From IMG/VR virus record IMGVR_UViG_3300021400_000134: 64,000 bases of DNA, one strand, 5' to 3'. The notes beneath the pieces were generated by a model. The model was given only the letters and a program-made list of their open reading frames with translations. It did not search any database and was not told where the DNA came from. Shown here in pieces: positions 39,599-54,776 of the stretch. The translations under genes and the position numbers were made by a program. How positions within the stretch are numbered: the first letter of the stretch is position 1; every line of letters begins with the position of its first letter. The DNA comes from a virus (lineage: Duplodnaviria; Caudoviricetes).

Positions 39599-40726
39599 AT
39601 GGCGAGAGGACAACGAAATTTGACCTTTAAACCTAGTGATTTAGACAAAGTTTTGACAATTGAAGAGTTAACTCAGTATTGCGTAAATGTTATTAAAGAA
39701 ATTAGAACGAATGCTGGTTCTCAATACAGTGAATTAATAAATGATATAAAAAAATTAGAAAGTTTAGAATTAGAAGTAGAAAATTTAAAAATTGATAAAA
39801 ATAATAATGAAAATTATTTAATAAATATAGCAGATAAAATGTTAAAATTATATCATGAGGTTATTAATGTTAGTTTAAAACTCCAAAGATTGTTTCCCTC
39901 AACTTTAAATCTTGCTGAATATGATAAAATAGAATATGCCATTTATGTAAATGGAGAGCGATATTATATAGATTATGATGATATTAAAAATAGTGGAGCT
40001 TTTAGATATAGTGAAAGTAAAAATGCTTTAATGTTAAATTTAAATAAAGCAACAAAGTCTTTAAAAGAAAACATTTCTTTAAAACAAGGTCAATCTATTT
40101 TTAATATTATAAACAAACATTTTGATAAATTTTCAATAATGCTTGATAATACATATAAAGGTGGAGGAAAAATCAATAAAGGCCATAAAGCGGAAGCTTT
40201 TGAGGAACATCTCTCTTTACATCATAGTGGAGCTTATCAGTTTTTAAAAAACAAGGAATACTTGACAGAAATGATTGTTGATCATCGGCAAATGCTTGGA
40301 AATGAATTATTAACAGTTCCCTTTAATGAATGAGGTACTAAAGCACAAATGGCTAGTGGAGAACGACATGAGAGTATAACTGAAGCTTGACAACATATTA
40401 GATCAGCAAAAGGAACATTAAGAGGTACTGTAACGGGTGACGTAGGGAATGTTCAGGTAAAAGAAGGACAAGGTTCTTCTGCACAGGTAAAATTAACAAG
40501 TTTTACTAATTTAAAGTTAGGAGTTCAAATTTATTCTGCAATAATTGATCCAGAAAAAAACATTTATGAAATTGGATATAAATTAGCAAATTATATTTCT
40601 GAAACAGTTAAAAAGGATGCTGTAAAAGGATTAAATAGTAGCGCTCCTATTGAAGAATTAGACAATGATTTAATTGATTTTTTTGATAAACATAAAAAGT
40701 ATCATAAAATAGTTCATATTGGCTAA
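39599..40726 (+). CDS. 375-aa AT-rich hypothetical protein, possible PD-(D/E)XK-like fold (TGA=Trp x2)
   Basis: Read-through of TGA 40331 and 40388; NKGHKAEAFE...GDVGNVQVK. Confidence 0.6.
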
Positions 40727-40790
40727 AAACTTGCTTTTTGATAAAATTTTTTGTTATAATAAAATAGAACATAATAGGAGAAATTATATC

Positions 40791-41315
40791 ATGGCAAAAA
40801 TTTCATTAACTAAATTAAAATTAACTCCAAAAGAAAATGTTCATACAATAACTTGAAATGAACAAGAAATTGAAGTTAAGCAATATATCTCTATTGAAGA
40901 TAAGTTAAATATGATTTCTGAGGTTTTAAATGCAGCCGCAGATGAAAATAAATTTTATAATCCGGGTAAAATTGATATGTTTTTTGCTTTAAAAACAATT
41001 GATTATTATACTAATGTTTCAATCACTGATAAGCAAAGAGAAAATCCAATCAAGTTATATGATAATTTTATCTCTTCTGGATTTTATACAGATGTTTTTC
41101 ATGCTATTCCAGAAGACGAAATTGGATATGTTTATAAGGTAATGATGGAAACAGTCGAACAGATTTATAAATATAATAATTCTGCTTATGGAATTTTAGA
41201 CGCATTAGGAACAGATTATAAAGATTTAGATTTCGATATTCAGAAATTAATTGGCGATATTAGAGATAAAAAAGACGTTGAGTTTCTAAATGACGTTATG
41301 ACCAAACTTGGTTAA
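40791..41315 (+). CDS. tail assembly chaperone-like protein, 174 aa (TGA=Trp x1)
   Basis: AGGAG SD; TGA at 40854; directly precedes the tape measure. Confidence 0.6.
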
Positions 41316-41427
41316 TCCATCTATTTATTTTTTGAAATAATAAGAAGAATAGACATATTTAATACCCTTATGAGGATATTTTCTTCATAAGGGTATTTTT
41401 TTATATAGGAGAGAAAGGAGCGGAAAT

Positions 41428-44400
41428 ATGCCAAAACAGATAAATGTTAAGCTAGGTTTTGAGGCTGATACCTCGCAAGCGCGAAAACAAATAGCTGATT
41501 TGCAAAAATCGTTAGATGGTTTGTTATCTAGTTCTATTAAACAAGGTGCATTAACCGGTTTTGATAAAGAAGTATCTAATGCACAACAGTCAGTCTTAAA
41601 ACTAAAAACCGCAATTGATAATTCATTAAATGCGGATACGGGTAGATTAGATTTATCAAAGTTTAATACACAATTAAATAATTCTGGATTGACTCTTGGC
41701 CAATTATCTAAGGATATGAATAACTTAGGGGCTGATGGTCAGAAGGCATTTTTAAATTTGGCAAATAGTATTGTAACCGCCCAAAAGCCAATGGCAGAAT
41801 CTAATAAACTATTGGATAATATGTGAACTGCTTTAAAGAATACGGCAAGATGACAGTTGTCTAGTAGTTTATTACATGGATTTATGGGGGCGCTGCAAGG
41901 TGCATATGGATATGCCCAGGATTTAAATAAATCTTTAACTGATATTGCAATCGTTACTGGAAGGTCTACCGATCAAATGGCGGCGTTTGCAGAACAAGCG
42001 AATAAATCGGCGCAAGCATTAAGTGTCAGTACCACAGCTTATACTGATGCTGCTTTGATTTACTATCAACAAGGTTTGAGTGATGATGAGGTTAAAGCCA
42101 GAACTGACATTACAATGCAAATGTCGAACGTAACTGGAGAATCAGCTGAACATGTATCTAGTTATATGACAGCTATATGGAATAACTTTGCGGAAGGCAG
42201 TGAAAACCTTGACCATTTTGCAGATGTTATTACTGCGTTAGGTGCGAAAACTGCTTCTAGCTCAGAAGAAATCGCTAATGGTATGCAACAATTTGCGGCT
42301 GTAGCAGATACCGTAGGATTAAGTTATGAATATGCAGCAACCGCATTGGCAACTGTTGTAGCACAAACTCGTCAAAGTGAATCTACTGTTGGCAATTCAT
42401 TTAGAACAATTTTTTCAAGGTTACAGGGTTTGAAACTTGGCGAAACTCTTGAAGATGGCACCAGCTTAAATAAGTATTCTAAAGCTTTAGCTACTATTGG
42501 AGTTGATATTAAAGATCAAAATGGTGAACTTAAAGAAATGGATACTATTTTGAATGAAATTGGTGCTAAATGGCAAGCATTAACGAAAGATCAGCAGGTA
42601 GCATTGGCACAAACCGTTGGTGGCGTTAGACAATATACTAATTTAATTGCGTTATTTGATAATTGAGATGCTTTTCAAGAGAATTTACAAATTGCAAACA
42701 ATTCTGATGGTGCTTTACAGCAACAGGCTGATATATATGCTGAAAGTTGAGAAGCTGCTCAGAAAAGAGTTAGAGCAGCTTGGCAGGCTATTTATCAAGA
42801 TTTAATTAGTGATGATTTTTTTATTACTATTCTAAATGGTCTTGAAGCCATATTACATGGAGTTGATGGATTAATTGATTCTCTTGGTGGATTACCAGGA
42901 GTACTAAGTGGGATTGGTGTATTGGTAACAAGTGTTTTTAATAAACAGATTGTAGAGGGTTTAAAAAGCGCGCAGCAGCAATTAAAAGTATTTACAGGTA
43001 CAGCTCAAGCAGAAAATGATGCGATGGTTGCTTGAACAAATCAGTACTTACAAAATAATAGAATAAAAGATATCGCTGGAACCGGTGATATCCCATACGA
43101 AGATTTAGAAAACGGGTTATTAAAGCAAAAGCTTGCATTAACAATAGAGTTGCGTGAAGTATATGATGGTTTAAATGACATACAAAAGCAATACGCTAAT
43201 AGTCTATTAGAGTCTGTTGAAAACCAGCAGAGATTAACTTTAGAGGCTAAAAAAACAGAAGAAGCCACAAGAAGGTCTCAAGAAGATGCTATGAGATCTT
43301 TAAAAAATTCCGCCATACAGGGTGAGAATAATAAAATGATGAGCTTTTTAAATCAGTTTCGTTTAGATAATGGTCAGTTTGGTGGTGAACAAACAAAATT
43401 TGAACGAGGAATAGAAAAAATTGCATCTGCGGGAACTGTAAAACAACAAGAACAAGCTTATAATGAATTATATAAAGCAATGCTTAAAGTAAGTGATGGT
43501 TCTAAAGAAGAAGCAAAACTTATTGAAAATGTAATTAATAAAACTTTAGAACATGTTCAAGCTCAAAAAGAATTTACTAATCAAACCGAAGTTTTAGATA
43601 ATGAAACTGATCAATTTAATCAACGTTTACAAGAACTTGTTCAAAGCCATCATAATGGATATTTATCTACTCAAGAATTAATTCAGGCACTAGAAACCGA
43701 AAAAGCTAAATTTGATGAAACTTCAGAAGAAGCAAAAAAATTACAAATTCAAATAGATAAATTAGAAAATAGTAATAAAGGTGTTTTTGGTCCAGAATTT
43801 GCTCAATCATTTGTTAATACTACTAAAGGTATATCTCAATTGTCGATGGGATTCAATTCTTTAAAAACCGCCTGAGATACTATTCAAAATCCAGATGTAT
43901 CTGGATGACAAAAAGTAACTTCTGTTATTACTTCTTTAAGTTTTGGAATACCGGCAATTATAAATGGATTTAAAAGTTTAGGCGGGCTTAAATCCATTTT
44001 ATCTGGAATATCCAATGTTTTTACTGTTGGAACAAAAGCAAAAATAGAAGAAATTAATCAATTAGCTATTGCAAATGCAAAAGCAGCAATATCTCAAATA
44101 GAATTAACTAAGGCTCAAGCAGTCGGAAATTTAGTTCTTGAAGGATATGATATAAATACTGCTGAAAATATAGTAAATACTAAAATATTGGCACATGAAA
44201 AAGAAATATTAGCAGCAAAAGAAAAAATGGTTAAAGCTGGTCTAGAAGGTACTAATGCAGCAGCTTTAGCAAGTAAAGCGGCAATGTGAGAATTGTATCT
44301 TGTTATTGGTCTCGTTATTGCTGCCATTGCTTTATGGAATAAACAAGAAAAAGATAAAGAACAGGGATGAAAAGATCAAGATAAAGCTATTCAAGATACT

Positions 44401-47400
44401 ACGGAATCTGCAAAAAAATTAATTAATGCATATGATGAATTAAAAAATAAATTAGAAGAATTACAGGGGAAGAAAAAAGCTTTAAAAGATTTAGAGAAAG
44501 GCACTGAAGAGTATGAAGCTGCTGTTGCAGCTTTAAATGCTCAAATGCTTGAATTAATTAAAACATATGGACTTGTAGAGGGTAAAGATTTTGTTTTTAA
44601 GGATGGTGTTATTGATTTTACTTATGATGGCAATAAAGCCATGGAAACAAAGGCCAGGGAACAAAGACAAACTGGATATGCTAGGCAAATGGCAGCTCTC
44701 ACCACTTCAGATTCAAGCGGAGACAGAGCAAGAGACGATATTCAAAGAATAGTTTCTTCAAAAATTGAGGGCATTAATAGTAATAATCAAGAGGCTTTTT
44801 CAGAAGCATATTTAAAACTTTTAGATTCAAAAAGTATAAAAGCTTTAGCTCAAACTGATTTAACAGATAAAGGTTTAGTTGAAGATCTTTTGGGTCAGTT
44901 AGGAATTACTGGAGATGTTCAAGCTGCTTTTGTAGATTTAATTACTTCTAATGGAGATTTACGTGGAGCAATAGAACAACTTTCTGGTTCTATGCAAGAG
45001 AATACTGCAGCTCAAGCAGCAATTAAAGCAGGAATATATGATAGGTTCGGTAGTGATTTAGATAATCTTTCAGCAAATTATTTAACAGATAAAACCCAGG
45101 AACTTTATAATGAAAATTATGAAAAAATGGGAGATATAACAGAAGAAGACTATATCAGAGCGGGTTATAAGAAAAATTCTGATAATGAATGAGAAGATGA
45201 GAATGGCGTCGTTCAAACATTAAACGATGAAATGATTCGTTCTCAATTAGCCTATTTAGATGCGTTAAATCAATTAGATGCTCAATATAAAAATAATTTA
45301 GATACACTTACTGAAGAAGCTAGACAGCATGCTCAAGAAGAAGTTTCTAATAATTTTAATAAAGAATTTGGTTCAGATGCTTCAGATGAAATTGGTGCTT
45401 TAAATGACACTGAGCTTTCTGTAGCTTTGGATACAGATTTGAGTCAATTTCAAACTGTAAAAGAAGCTATTGATTATATCAAAAAAGCAAGTGAAGAAGA
45501 ACATAAAATTCCATTAGAAATTAGTACAGAGGGATTATCTCAATTTAAGGGAAAAGAAGAAGAATTAAATGCAGAAATAGAAGAATTTTCTGAGTTTTTA
45601 AAAAGAAATTATGAAGACTATGAAGGTCTAAGTGAACATATAGCAGAATGTGACGCAGCAGCAGATGCGGCTGCAGCTTCTTTTATCCGCTTTGATGATG
45701 CAATGCAAGACGTTTCAAAAAATTATAAAACATGAAAGAAAGCTCTAGATAGTAAAGATATAAAAGAAGTAAATGATGCAGTAAAAGATTTAAGAAAAAC
45801 TTATGCTAATTTATTAGATTTGGACGGTTCACAAATTTCAGAAGATTTTTTAAAAAGTTCTAAGAATTTAGATTTATTAAATACTGTTTTAAATGGTACT
45901 GAAGAAGAGGCAATTGCGGCTTATGAGCAACTAGAAAAAATACAAGCAATAGAATTTGCTAAAGATATAAGTCCAAATGTAGATATTGATGCTTTTTCTG
46001 CGGCTTATGATGAAGTTGCTTATTGAACGGATCAAATGCGACTTAAGATGGGAGATGACTTTGTTGCTGGAGATGTTAATTATCAAAATATTGTTGATGG
46101 TTTAAATGCAGCATTAGCGACAATGTCAATGACAAAAGAACAAGCTGATGCATTGATGAGGAGTATGAACTATTCCGGAGAACTGCAATTAATGCCAGTA
46201 AATACTACTGATGTTGATAGTAAAGAAGACGCTATTGCAAATGTAGAAGAAGTAGATGTTCCTGCTCAGTCAATTCATATTGAAACTTCTGATACAGACT
46301 ATACTCCAAGCTTAGGAGAAATGATACATGGAACAGTTTCTTCTGTAATGTGAAATAAAGGCGGACTTTTAAATACAGTAAAAAAAGTAGCTAATACGGT
46401 TCAGTCAATGCGTTGACAAGTTGCCGATGGTTCAACTGTTCATTATTTAGGTGGAGCTGCCCCAAAAATTAGTAATATGCCAGCTAGAAATATTAGCAAT
46501 GGCGGTGGAGGCGGCGGTTGTTTTGCCGCAGGCACTCAAATTATTTTAAAAAATTTTCAAAAAAATATTGAAGATATTAAACCAGGTGATTTAGTATTGT
46601 CCTATAATGAAAAAACTCATAGAAATGAATTTAGTAAAGTTATTCAGACTATGATTCATAATGTTTATGAAAAAATATATAATTTATTTGTTAAAAATGA
46701 TAAATTGGTAGTCACTGGTAATCATAGATTCTTAGTCATTCATAATAAAAAACAGCAATGGATGCCAGCAGAAGATATTAGAATTAATGATTTAGTACTT
46801 TTATCTTCTGGAGAATGATGTAAAATTTCCAATATTGACACTGAGAAAAAGTTCTTAACCGTATATAATTTTGAAGTTTCTAATACACATAACTATTATG
46901 TTGGCGAAAATCATATTTTAGCACATAATAAAGGTGGTGGAGGAGGCTCAAAACCTAAAAAGAAAAAAGTTGAGAAGAAAAAAGAGCCAACTAAAAATAT
47001 TAAAGAAGCTGACCGTTATCATAATATAAAAGAAAAAATTGAAGACCTTAATACAGAAATGAAACGCTTAAATGAAAATAAAGATCGAGCCTATGGTAAA
47101 GACCGTATTAAGTGAATGGATGAAGAAATAAAGAAAACTGAAGAACAAATTAAATTAACTGATGAATATATAGATGAAATAAAGAACTATGCTAAAATTG
47201 ATAAAGAAGACTTAAAAAATAAACTTGGTTCATTTATTTCTGATGCTGACTTTGATGAAAATGGCGTTTTAAAAGATTATGAAGGTCTGTTGGCTAAGAT
47301 TCAAGGTGCATTTGATAATAAAGTCACTGCTGCGTTAAATAAAGCAACAGATGAATATAACGCTGCGGTTGATAAATTTAATGCTAGTGATCAAGAAGAT

Positions 47401-49938
47401 GATGCTACTGAAGAATTTGAAAAAGCTAAAGAAGCTTGAGATAAAGCTAAAGAGACTTATGATAAAGAAAAAGAAGCTTATGATGAAAGATTAAAATCAT
47501 TAAAGCAGTATGAAGATACAATAAATCTTTTACAAGAAAAAGAACAAGAACGCATTGACCAATTAAATGAACTTTATGATAAATGATTGGCTAGAACAAC
47601 CTATAAAGTTGAAATTAGTTTAGAAATGAATGAAGATGATATGAATTATCTTCAGTGAGTTTATGATAATTTAGGTGATAGTGCTGATAAAGCTGCTGAT
47701 AGAATTAGTTTATTAAGCAAGCAGATGAAAACTACCCAAAAAGATATTGCTACCTATAAGAAAGGTATTGAGGAATTATTTGCTCAAAATGGCATGAATG
47801 TTGATTTGGGTGATGATTTAAATGGTACTCAATTAGGAGAGCGTTTAGACCAATTAATTCAAAAGATGCGTGAGCAAGGTGGAGAACCTAATATCCAAGA
47901 GGTTATTGACAAATTAAGCGAATATCGCGATGGCCTCATGGACACTTATGATACAATGCGCGACTTAGCGGATGCCGCAACTGAAAATGTGGTAAACGCA
48001 TATGATGAGTGGAATGAGCGTCTCCAAGAAAATCTTGACCTAATGGATCATTATGATTCTGTTATTGATACCATTAAAGAAATTGCGGATTTACTTGGTG
48101 AAGATCAATTAGGTTTAGGCGACGAACAAGCCAAGGCTTATGAACAAGCTAAGTTAGATAATCAACGCAATGCCGCAGCTATTGCTAAAGACAATTATGA
48201 TGCCATTGCTAAAGAACGCGAAAGGGTTCAGAAATTATTAGAAACTTCTGAAAGTGAAACCGAGAAAAAACACTGGGAAGAAGTTCTTAAAAATCTTCAA
48301 GAAGCTGAAAATGAAGCAATGGAAGAATATCTATCCAGATGGAGAGATGCGCTTCGTCAAGCAGAAGAAAATTACCAAGCCAGTTTAGCCCGTAACGAAA
48401 AAGCTTATCAAAAAGCCATGAGTGGCGGTATGGGAACTCTTGATATGCTTCAAGAGCAATTTGACCGCCAAAAAGAGTTAGATGATTTATATTTAGATGA
48501 TTATGAGAAATATAAGAAACTTGGTGATATTACCTCAAAGATTAACAAGAATCTTGTAAATAACCCAAGCCCAATGATTCAAGAAAAGATGAAAGACCTT
48601 CTTGATGATGTTAACGCTAAGATGGAAAATGGCGCTGATATATCAGAGGGTGAAGCCACAATTCTTGAAAAGAGATTGGCTTTATTAGAAGCAGAAGACC
48701 AGTTATTAGCAGCACGTAATGCCAAGAGCGCAGTTAGAATGACTCGTGATAATGAAGGTAATTTCAGCTATACTTATACAGCAGATACCTCAAAGATTGA
48801 GGAAGCTCAACAGAACTACGCTGATAAATTCTATGAACTTTTGGATTATGAGAAACAATATTCTGATGAAACTCAGGGCAATATGTTAAAGTCATGACAA
48901 GATTTTATTAACAAACGTAATGAAATTTTGGAAGACGATATGTTAAGCGAAGATGAGCGCAACAAAGCTATGGAGCGTTTGCAGGCTGATTATGATAAGA
49001 TGGTTGCATATTATAGCGATGAACTTAATATGGTCATGGAGGAAATGAGCCGATTAAAAACTGATGATTGAAAGGATATGGAAAATATTCTTGGTAGATT
49101 ATTAGCCGGCCCAGAAGACTTTGAAACTGATTTAAGTAAAACTACTTTAGGTCAATTAACTAATGCTTGAAATGACCCAGAAGGTATGGCTAAATCTTGG
49201 AGAGAAGCAGCTGATACATTGTATACTCAAGATGCTGATGCGCGAGCTGCTTGAGTTGCCGCAAATGAAGAAACCAATAGAAGGGTAGATACTTCTACAA
49301 AAGAGTTTGCGGAGAATTATAAATCCACTCTTGGAGATATTGTTGAAGCTAGTGATGAGGTTGCAGAATCAGCCGAAAAGATGGCTGAAGAAATGCCAAA
49401 GGCTATGACCGAAGTTTTGAATGAAGCTGAAAACTTCTTTAACGAATTTGGTAACTATATTGACACATTATTTACAAATATTCAAAATATTGTTAAAGCA
49501 ATTAATGAGTTAAAAGATGTGTTGGCTGGAGTTGATCCTGAATATAGAACAAGTATTTTAGGAGACAAAGTTTCAAAAACTGCTGATTATGAATTACCGG
49601 TTAAACCTGTATCCGGTGCTACTGGAATGTACACTGGTGAATGAGGTGCTGGTGGTAAGTTAGCAATTCTTCATGAGAAAGAATTATTGTTAAATGAGGC
49701 TGATACTCAAAACATTTTGAAGGCAGTAGATTTTGTTAGAAATATGCCACAATTTGGTGGAGTGTTGAATATTAATAATAATGTAGATTATTCTAAACTT
49801 GCGGCCGTCGGTGCAACCGATCTACAACAGCAAGTTCATATTGATGCTTCATTCCCGAATGTGGAATCACATACAGAAATTGAGTTAGCTCTTAATAATT
49901 TAATTAATTCAGCTAGTCAATATGTTAATAGAAAATAA
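41428..49938 (+). CDS. tape measure protein, 2,836 aa, with at least 24 in-frame TGA and an internal Hint domain
   Basis: Twelve ORF-track fragments all in one frame, separated only by TGA; TP901-type TMP core (TASSSEEIA, VGNSFRTIFSRL); C-terminal ATGMYTGE-W-G..GKLAILHEKE. Confidence 0.9.
46519..46929 (+). other. Hint (intein-like/BIL) domain, 137 aa, inside the tape measure protein
   Basis: CFAAGTQI...IEDIKPGDLVLSY, VTGNHRF, VYNFEV.NTHNYYV....LAHN followed by Lys; no endonuclease domain. Confidence 0.9.
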
Positions 49939-50052
49939 TTTTTAAAGGAAGGCAGAAATGCCTTCCTTTATTTTTTTGGCCGGATAATGATAATATACTT
50001 TATTAGATTTTTTAATTATTAAAGAGATATAAGAGAAAAAGGAGGAAAGGAT

Positions 50053-53000
50053 ATGGCAGATTTAAATGCGAATAAAGTTGATGATATGCTTGATGCGTTA
50101 AATGAAGCTATGGAAATTCATGCTCAAAATGCAATTAAGAATTTATCATTTAATAAAACTGAATTAGCTGAAGTCGTTGATATCACTCGCCGCAATGAGG
50201 GTTGATATATTGTATGAAATGGCTCAACTAGATATATGGCATTTTCTGAAAATACTTCATACAAAATGGGGATGAAAGTATATGTCAATATCCCAAACAA
50301 TGATTTTAGTAGTCAAAAAACTATTATCGGTCAATATAAAGAAGATAGTGAGCAGGCTGTTTTCTTTAGGTCTCCATTAGACGGGTTTTTACCATTGACA
50401 GATAATATTTTGGAGAATAGCTCTACTGCTACTGGAGAATTCTGTTTATTGGCTAACTGTAATAAAGAAACACAAGCTTTTGGAAAGCAGTCTCTTGAAA
50501 TTTATCGAAATAATAGTATGACTTATACCGAAGGAGAAGGCGCCAATGAAAAGGTAGTATCTCCATATAGTGGATATAAATATATTGGTATTTCAGCAGA
50601 AGTTAAAACCTTGTTAAAGCAATTTGATACAGTGCAAGGAGATTATGGTATTAGAATTGTTTTAGAGGGTATTCAAAAGCTTGACGTTACTGAAAATGCG
50701 GAAACAGTAAAAAGAGTTTATTATTTAGATTCTAAAAATATGATTGGTGATATTTATAATTTTCCAGTATATTTTAAGCAAGAAGCTCTTTTTAATATAG
50801 AAGAATTCGATACCTTAAGCAGAATTATTGTTGGTATTTATCAAGGCGGAAATTTTAAAGATATTGGTAATGAAAATATTCCTTATAATAATAATGGATT
50901 GGTTTCTGATGGAACTGGTGTACAGTTAATTGGTGATGATTCTAATAATTTGTTGCCAGACAATATCTTTATAAAAAATATTTCCATAAGATTTGGCGAT
51001 GATGATACATCAAGAAAAGATGTAGTTAAATTATCGACATTAACTGGTAAAACCTATGATAGTGCGCAGACAGATTTGTTGAATAGAAAAACTATTGATT
51101 TAGAATGGCTACACACTGACCCAAATACAGAGAAGAAAATTAAGATTACTTCTCCAAGTGATGTAAGTGCGGATATAGGTATTGCTAGATATGTGATACA
51201 TTGATATCAAGATTCAATACATTCAGCAACTGATTATAACGCTATTTTAAAAGCAGGTGAAGAAGACAGAAATTTAAAGTTAAATCTTTATGACAAATGA
51301 AAGAATTCCCGTCCTACTGATCCAGACGAGTTAGCGCAATTAAAGAATGAATTAACAGCTAGTTTTAATTTAACCTCAAAGAATGATTGACAAACTAGTG
51401 GTGAATTAACTGAAACTGGGGTTAATAAAATTAAATCTGCGCTAAGTGCGGCAAGTCGAACTTCAGTCGCCGTAGACACATTAGCTGGTGCCTTTTGGCA
51501 ACCTATAAACAATGGCACTAATCGATTTGAGTTGAAAAGTTTCTTGCCAGATTATACAAGAGCTTATTCAAAGATTAAAGTTGTTATAGAGTATTGAGAA
51601 GAAGCTGGTAACGATGACACTTATAATAAAGTTGAGAGTAATGAGCTTCAATTTGATAATTTAAGAGAAGTGTTATCAGTTGATAAAAATTCGGGATTAA
51701 AGATTGGGTTTGATGATAAAACAGGTGGTAATTATCCAATTTATGATGGAATTACAGGACATTTGTTAAGCAGATTAGAAGAATCAAAAACCAGAGGATT
51801 AACTGCTACTTTTTTAGATGAAAAAGGTAGAGATTATTTTAATGGGAATGAAACTATAATTTGAAAGATTCCTATTGGTGGGACAATGATATTATTGGGA
51901 GACAGTTTTTATTCTAATAGTGAAAAAATGTCTGCCAATGATACTGTTTTCAGTGATTATGATATAGATTACGAAAATGGTTATATATATATTAAGCGAG
52001 AAGCCATTAATAGCACCGTTCCAGTTAATTCAAAACAATCTTATCAAATAGCACCATATTATAATATAGGATTTACTTCCAATACAGTATGATGTTATGT
52101 TATAAAAAATAATCAGTTATATTCAACTAGCGCAACCATGACATTTAATCAACATGGTACATGCGGAACTGATTATACATTTACACTAGGACTAGGTCCA
52201 AAGATAATTGATGAAACTCCTGACGAAACTGGAGCAGAGCAGATATGAACTGTAGTAGGGCCATCAGATACAGCTCTTACTATTGGAGATACATATGATG
52301 GAAAACCTGCTTACCATGAAATTTTATTTAACTTATATAATGCGAAAAATGAGCCAATTGAGTTGACAAGAGAGCAAAAAAATGTTATAATAACATCATG
52401 GAATAATCATACAAGTAATGGTTATTACACAGGTCAAACAAATGCTCGTCATTTACAATTTATACTAGGAACTGGAGACAATGCTGGACGAATTATTGTA
52501 AGAGCGCCAGATAGAGATATTGAAGATTTCCAATATATTGTATTTCAAGCGTTTGTTACAAGCGATGTATTAGATGAAAATGATGAAAAGCTCTTGGATA
52601 AAGTCAACTTTGTTCAGTATTATCCGCTACATATTCGTGAAAAGAATAGTGATTGAGAATTAAATGGTTCTGATTATATTGTTTATGATGATAAGGGCGC
52701 AAATCCTACTTGTTATAACGATAAATTTGAATTAATATCTAAAGCGGATGGTACACAACCAGAAGAGTTATTATTTAAAATAATTACAGATGATGTTGAG
52801 ACACCAGGAAGTACCGATAATAGTCCAGAAACTTATTATCCAAGAATTGTAAACGGGAAAATACAGCCAACTCCATTGTATATAGGTAGTATTTCTAAAA
52901 ATGTTGCCTTAATTGGAACAGTTGCAACTGGAGATAATTTAAGAATTGCTTACACATGTCCAATTGTTATTATAGAAAATAAATATCAAATTCCAGCAGT

Positions 53001-54360
53001 GAATAACTGGAATGGTGATTTGCAAATTGATACTCAGGGCAATAAAATTTTAGCTTCTATGGTTGGTGCAGGACATAAAGATGAGCATAATACTTTTAGT
53101 GGAGTGCTCATGGGAGATGTCCAATATAAGGATGACTATAGTGGCGAAGATATTATTACTACTGGATTATTTGGTTATGACAAGAGTGAACAAACTTTTG
53201 GGTTTAATATAAATGGGCAAGCATTTATTGGTAAGTCTGATGTTGGTAGAATTTATGTTGATGGTAATACTGGACGTATTACAAGTGCTGCAAGAGAAAG
53301 TTATGATATTAATAAGGCTAAGGGGGTAACAGATAATGACCCTCGTGGTACTGAAATTAATTTAAAAGAAAATTATATTGATATTCAAGGCGAAAGTACT
53401 AGTGTTGCTGAAGATACTAATAAGTCTAGAATTCATATTGATACTGCAATTAGACCCAATAATCAAGGTGGTACTAATGCATATTTTTCAATAGATAGTA
53501 ATAATGGCAAGCGATTAATTCATATTGCTAATGATGAATATTATTTACAAACAGAGGATTACCCTTCTAGTCAAATAGAAGTAATGACTCAAGATGGGGG
53601 AACAACTACTGTTACAAGACCGTCAGGACTAAAGATAGATTTAAAAAATGGTAGCTTTGATTCTAAAGGTAAATTAACCATTACCGGTAATAGTGAATCT
53701 AGTATAAATTTTGGTAATGGCACATTTAAAGTCGATGGAACTGGAGAAACTACTTTATCAAGTTTAACTTTTAAAAATCCTAACACTGGAGTTGTTCAAG
53801 CAACTGGAATCAAACCACATTGAATGACTTTTGTTTCTGACATAAGTGGAAGTGTTACTTTGCAAAAAGTTACTGTTACTATGGACAATATTCCTGTACC
53901 ACATACAACAGTAACAAATAATTATAACACATATACCACTTACAATACTGCTGAAGGGACAACAACATTTAAATATGTAAATAACACTACTGCTGGCATT
54001 ATATCAAATTATGTTGATGATGTAGTAACTGGAGATGTTACAGGACAAATAACGGGAGATTTTTCTCCTAGTGCAAGTCCAAGATTTTATAATCATAGCG
54101 CTACAGTGCATTATAGTTATACTGTTGAAACCCCAGTGGTAGAAGGCCCATATAAAACTACGACTACAGATACCGTTTATGTAGATGGCAAAGGTTCTAC
54201 AGATGTACCAGTTGTTACTGCGATTAATTTTACGATAAAAAAAGTCTCAATGTGGGCTTTAACAAATGATACCGCACAAACAAAAACTTATTCTATTAAT
54301 GCAAAAGGAGATGCTAGCTATACTGGCGAAGCCATTGTCCGTACTATGACGGAGGTTTAA
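50053..54360 (+). CDS. large tail/baseplate protein, 1,435 aa (11 in-frame TGA)
   Basis: Six fragments in one frame; AGGAGG SD; beta-rich C-terminus. Confidence 0.75.
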
Positions 54361-54361
54361 T

Positions 54362-54761
54362 ATGAATATAAAAGAAACAATACAATTTGAAAATAATTTA
54401 TATGAATTAATTAACACTTGTGGTTTACCAGTAGATACAGCATTTTATGTATTAAAAAGTGTTTATTTAGATTTTCAAAAAACACTTTATGAATGCGCAA
54501 ACAATGAAGGTGAAACATATACTACAGAAGAACAGGTATATAAGTTATATAATGAGGAAAAGGAGAATGAAGATGAACAATCAATCAGTACAGATGCTTC
54601 AGAATATTCTGGAAGCGTTAATGACGATTAATACAAAGGGTAATGATACAATTACAATGAGCAATGTTTTACAAGCATTACAAAATGTAATTGATGTGGA
54701 ATCTAGAACTGGGGCTGTCGCACCTAAGACTCCAGAAATAGAACCTATTACAGAAGAGTAA
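54362..54761 (+). CDS. two small overlapping genes (54362-54631, 54573-54761)
   Basis: ORF track; SDs. Confidence 0.6.
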
Positions 54762-54776
54762 AAGGGGGTAAAAAAT

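Noticed and set aside
46519-46929. Canonical mobile intein
   Set aside because: The +1 residue is Lys, there is no endonuclease domain, and the insertion is in a Gly linker rather than a conserved active site.
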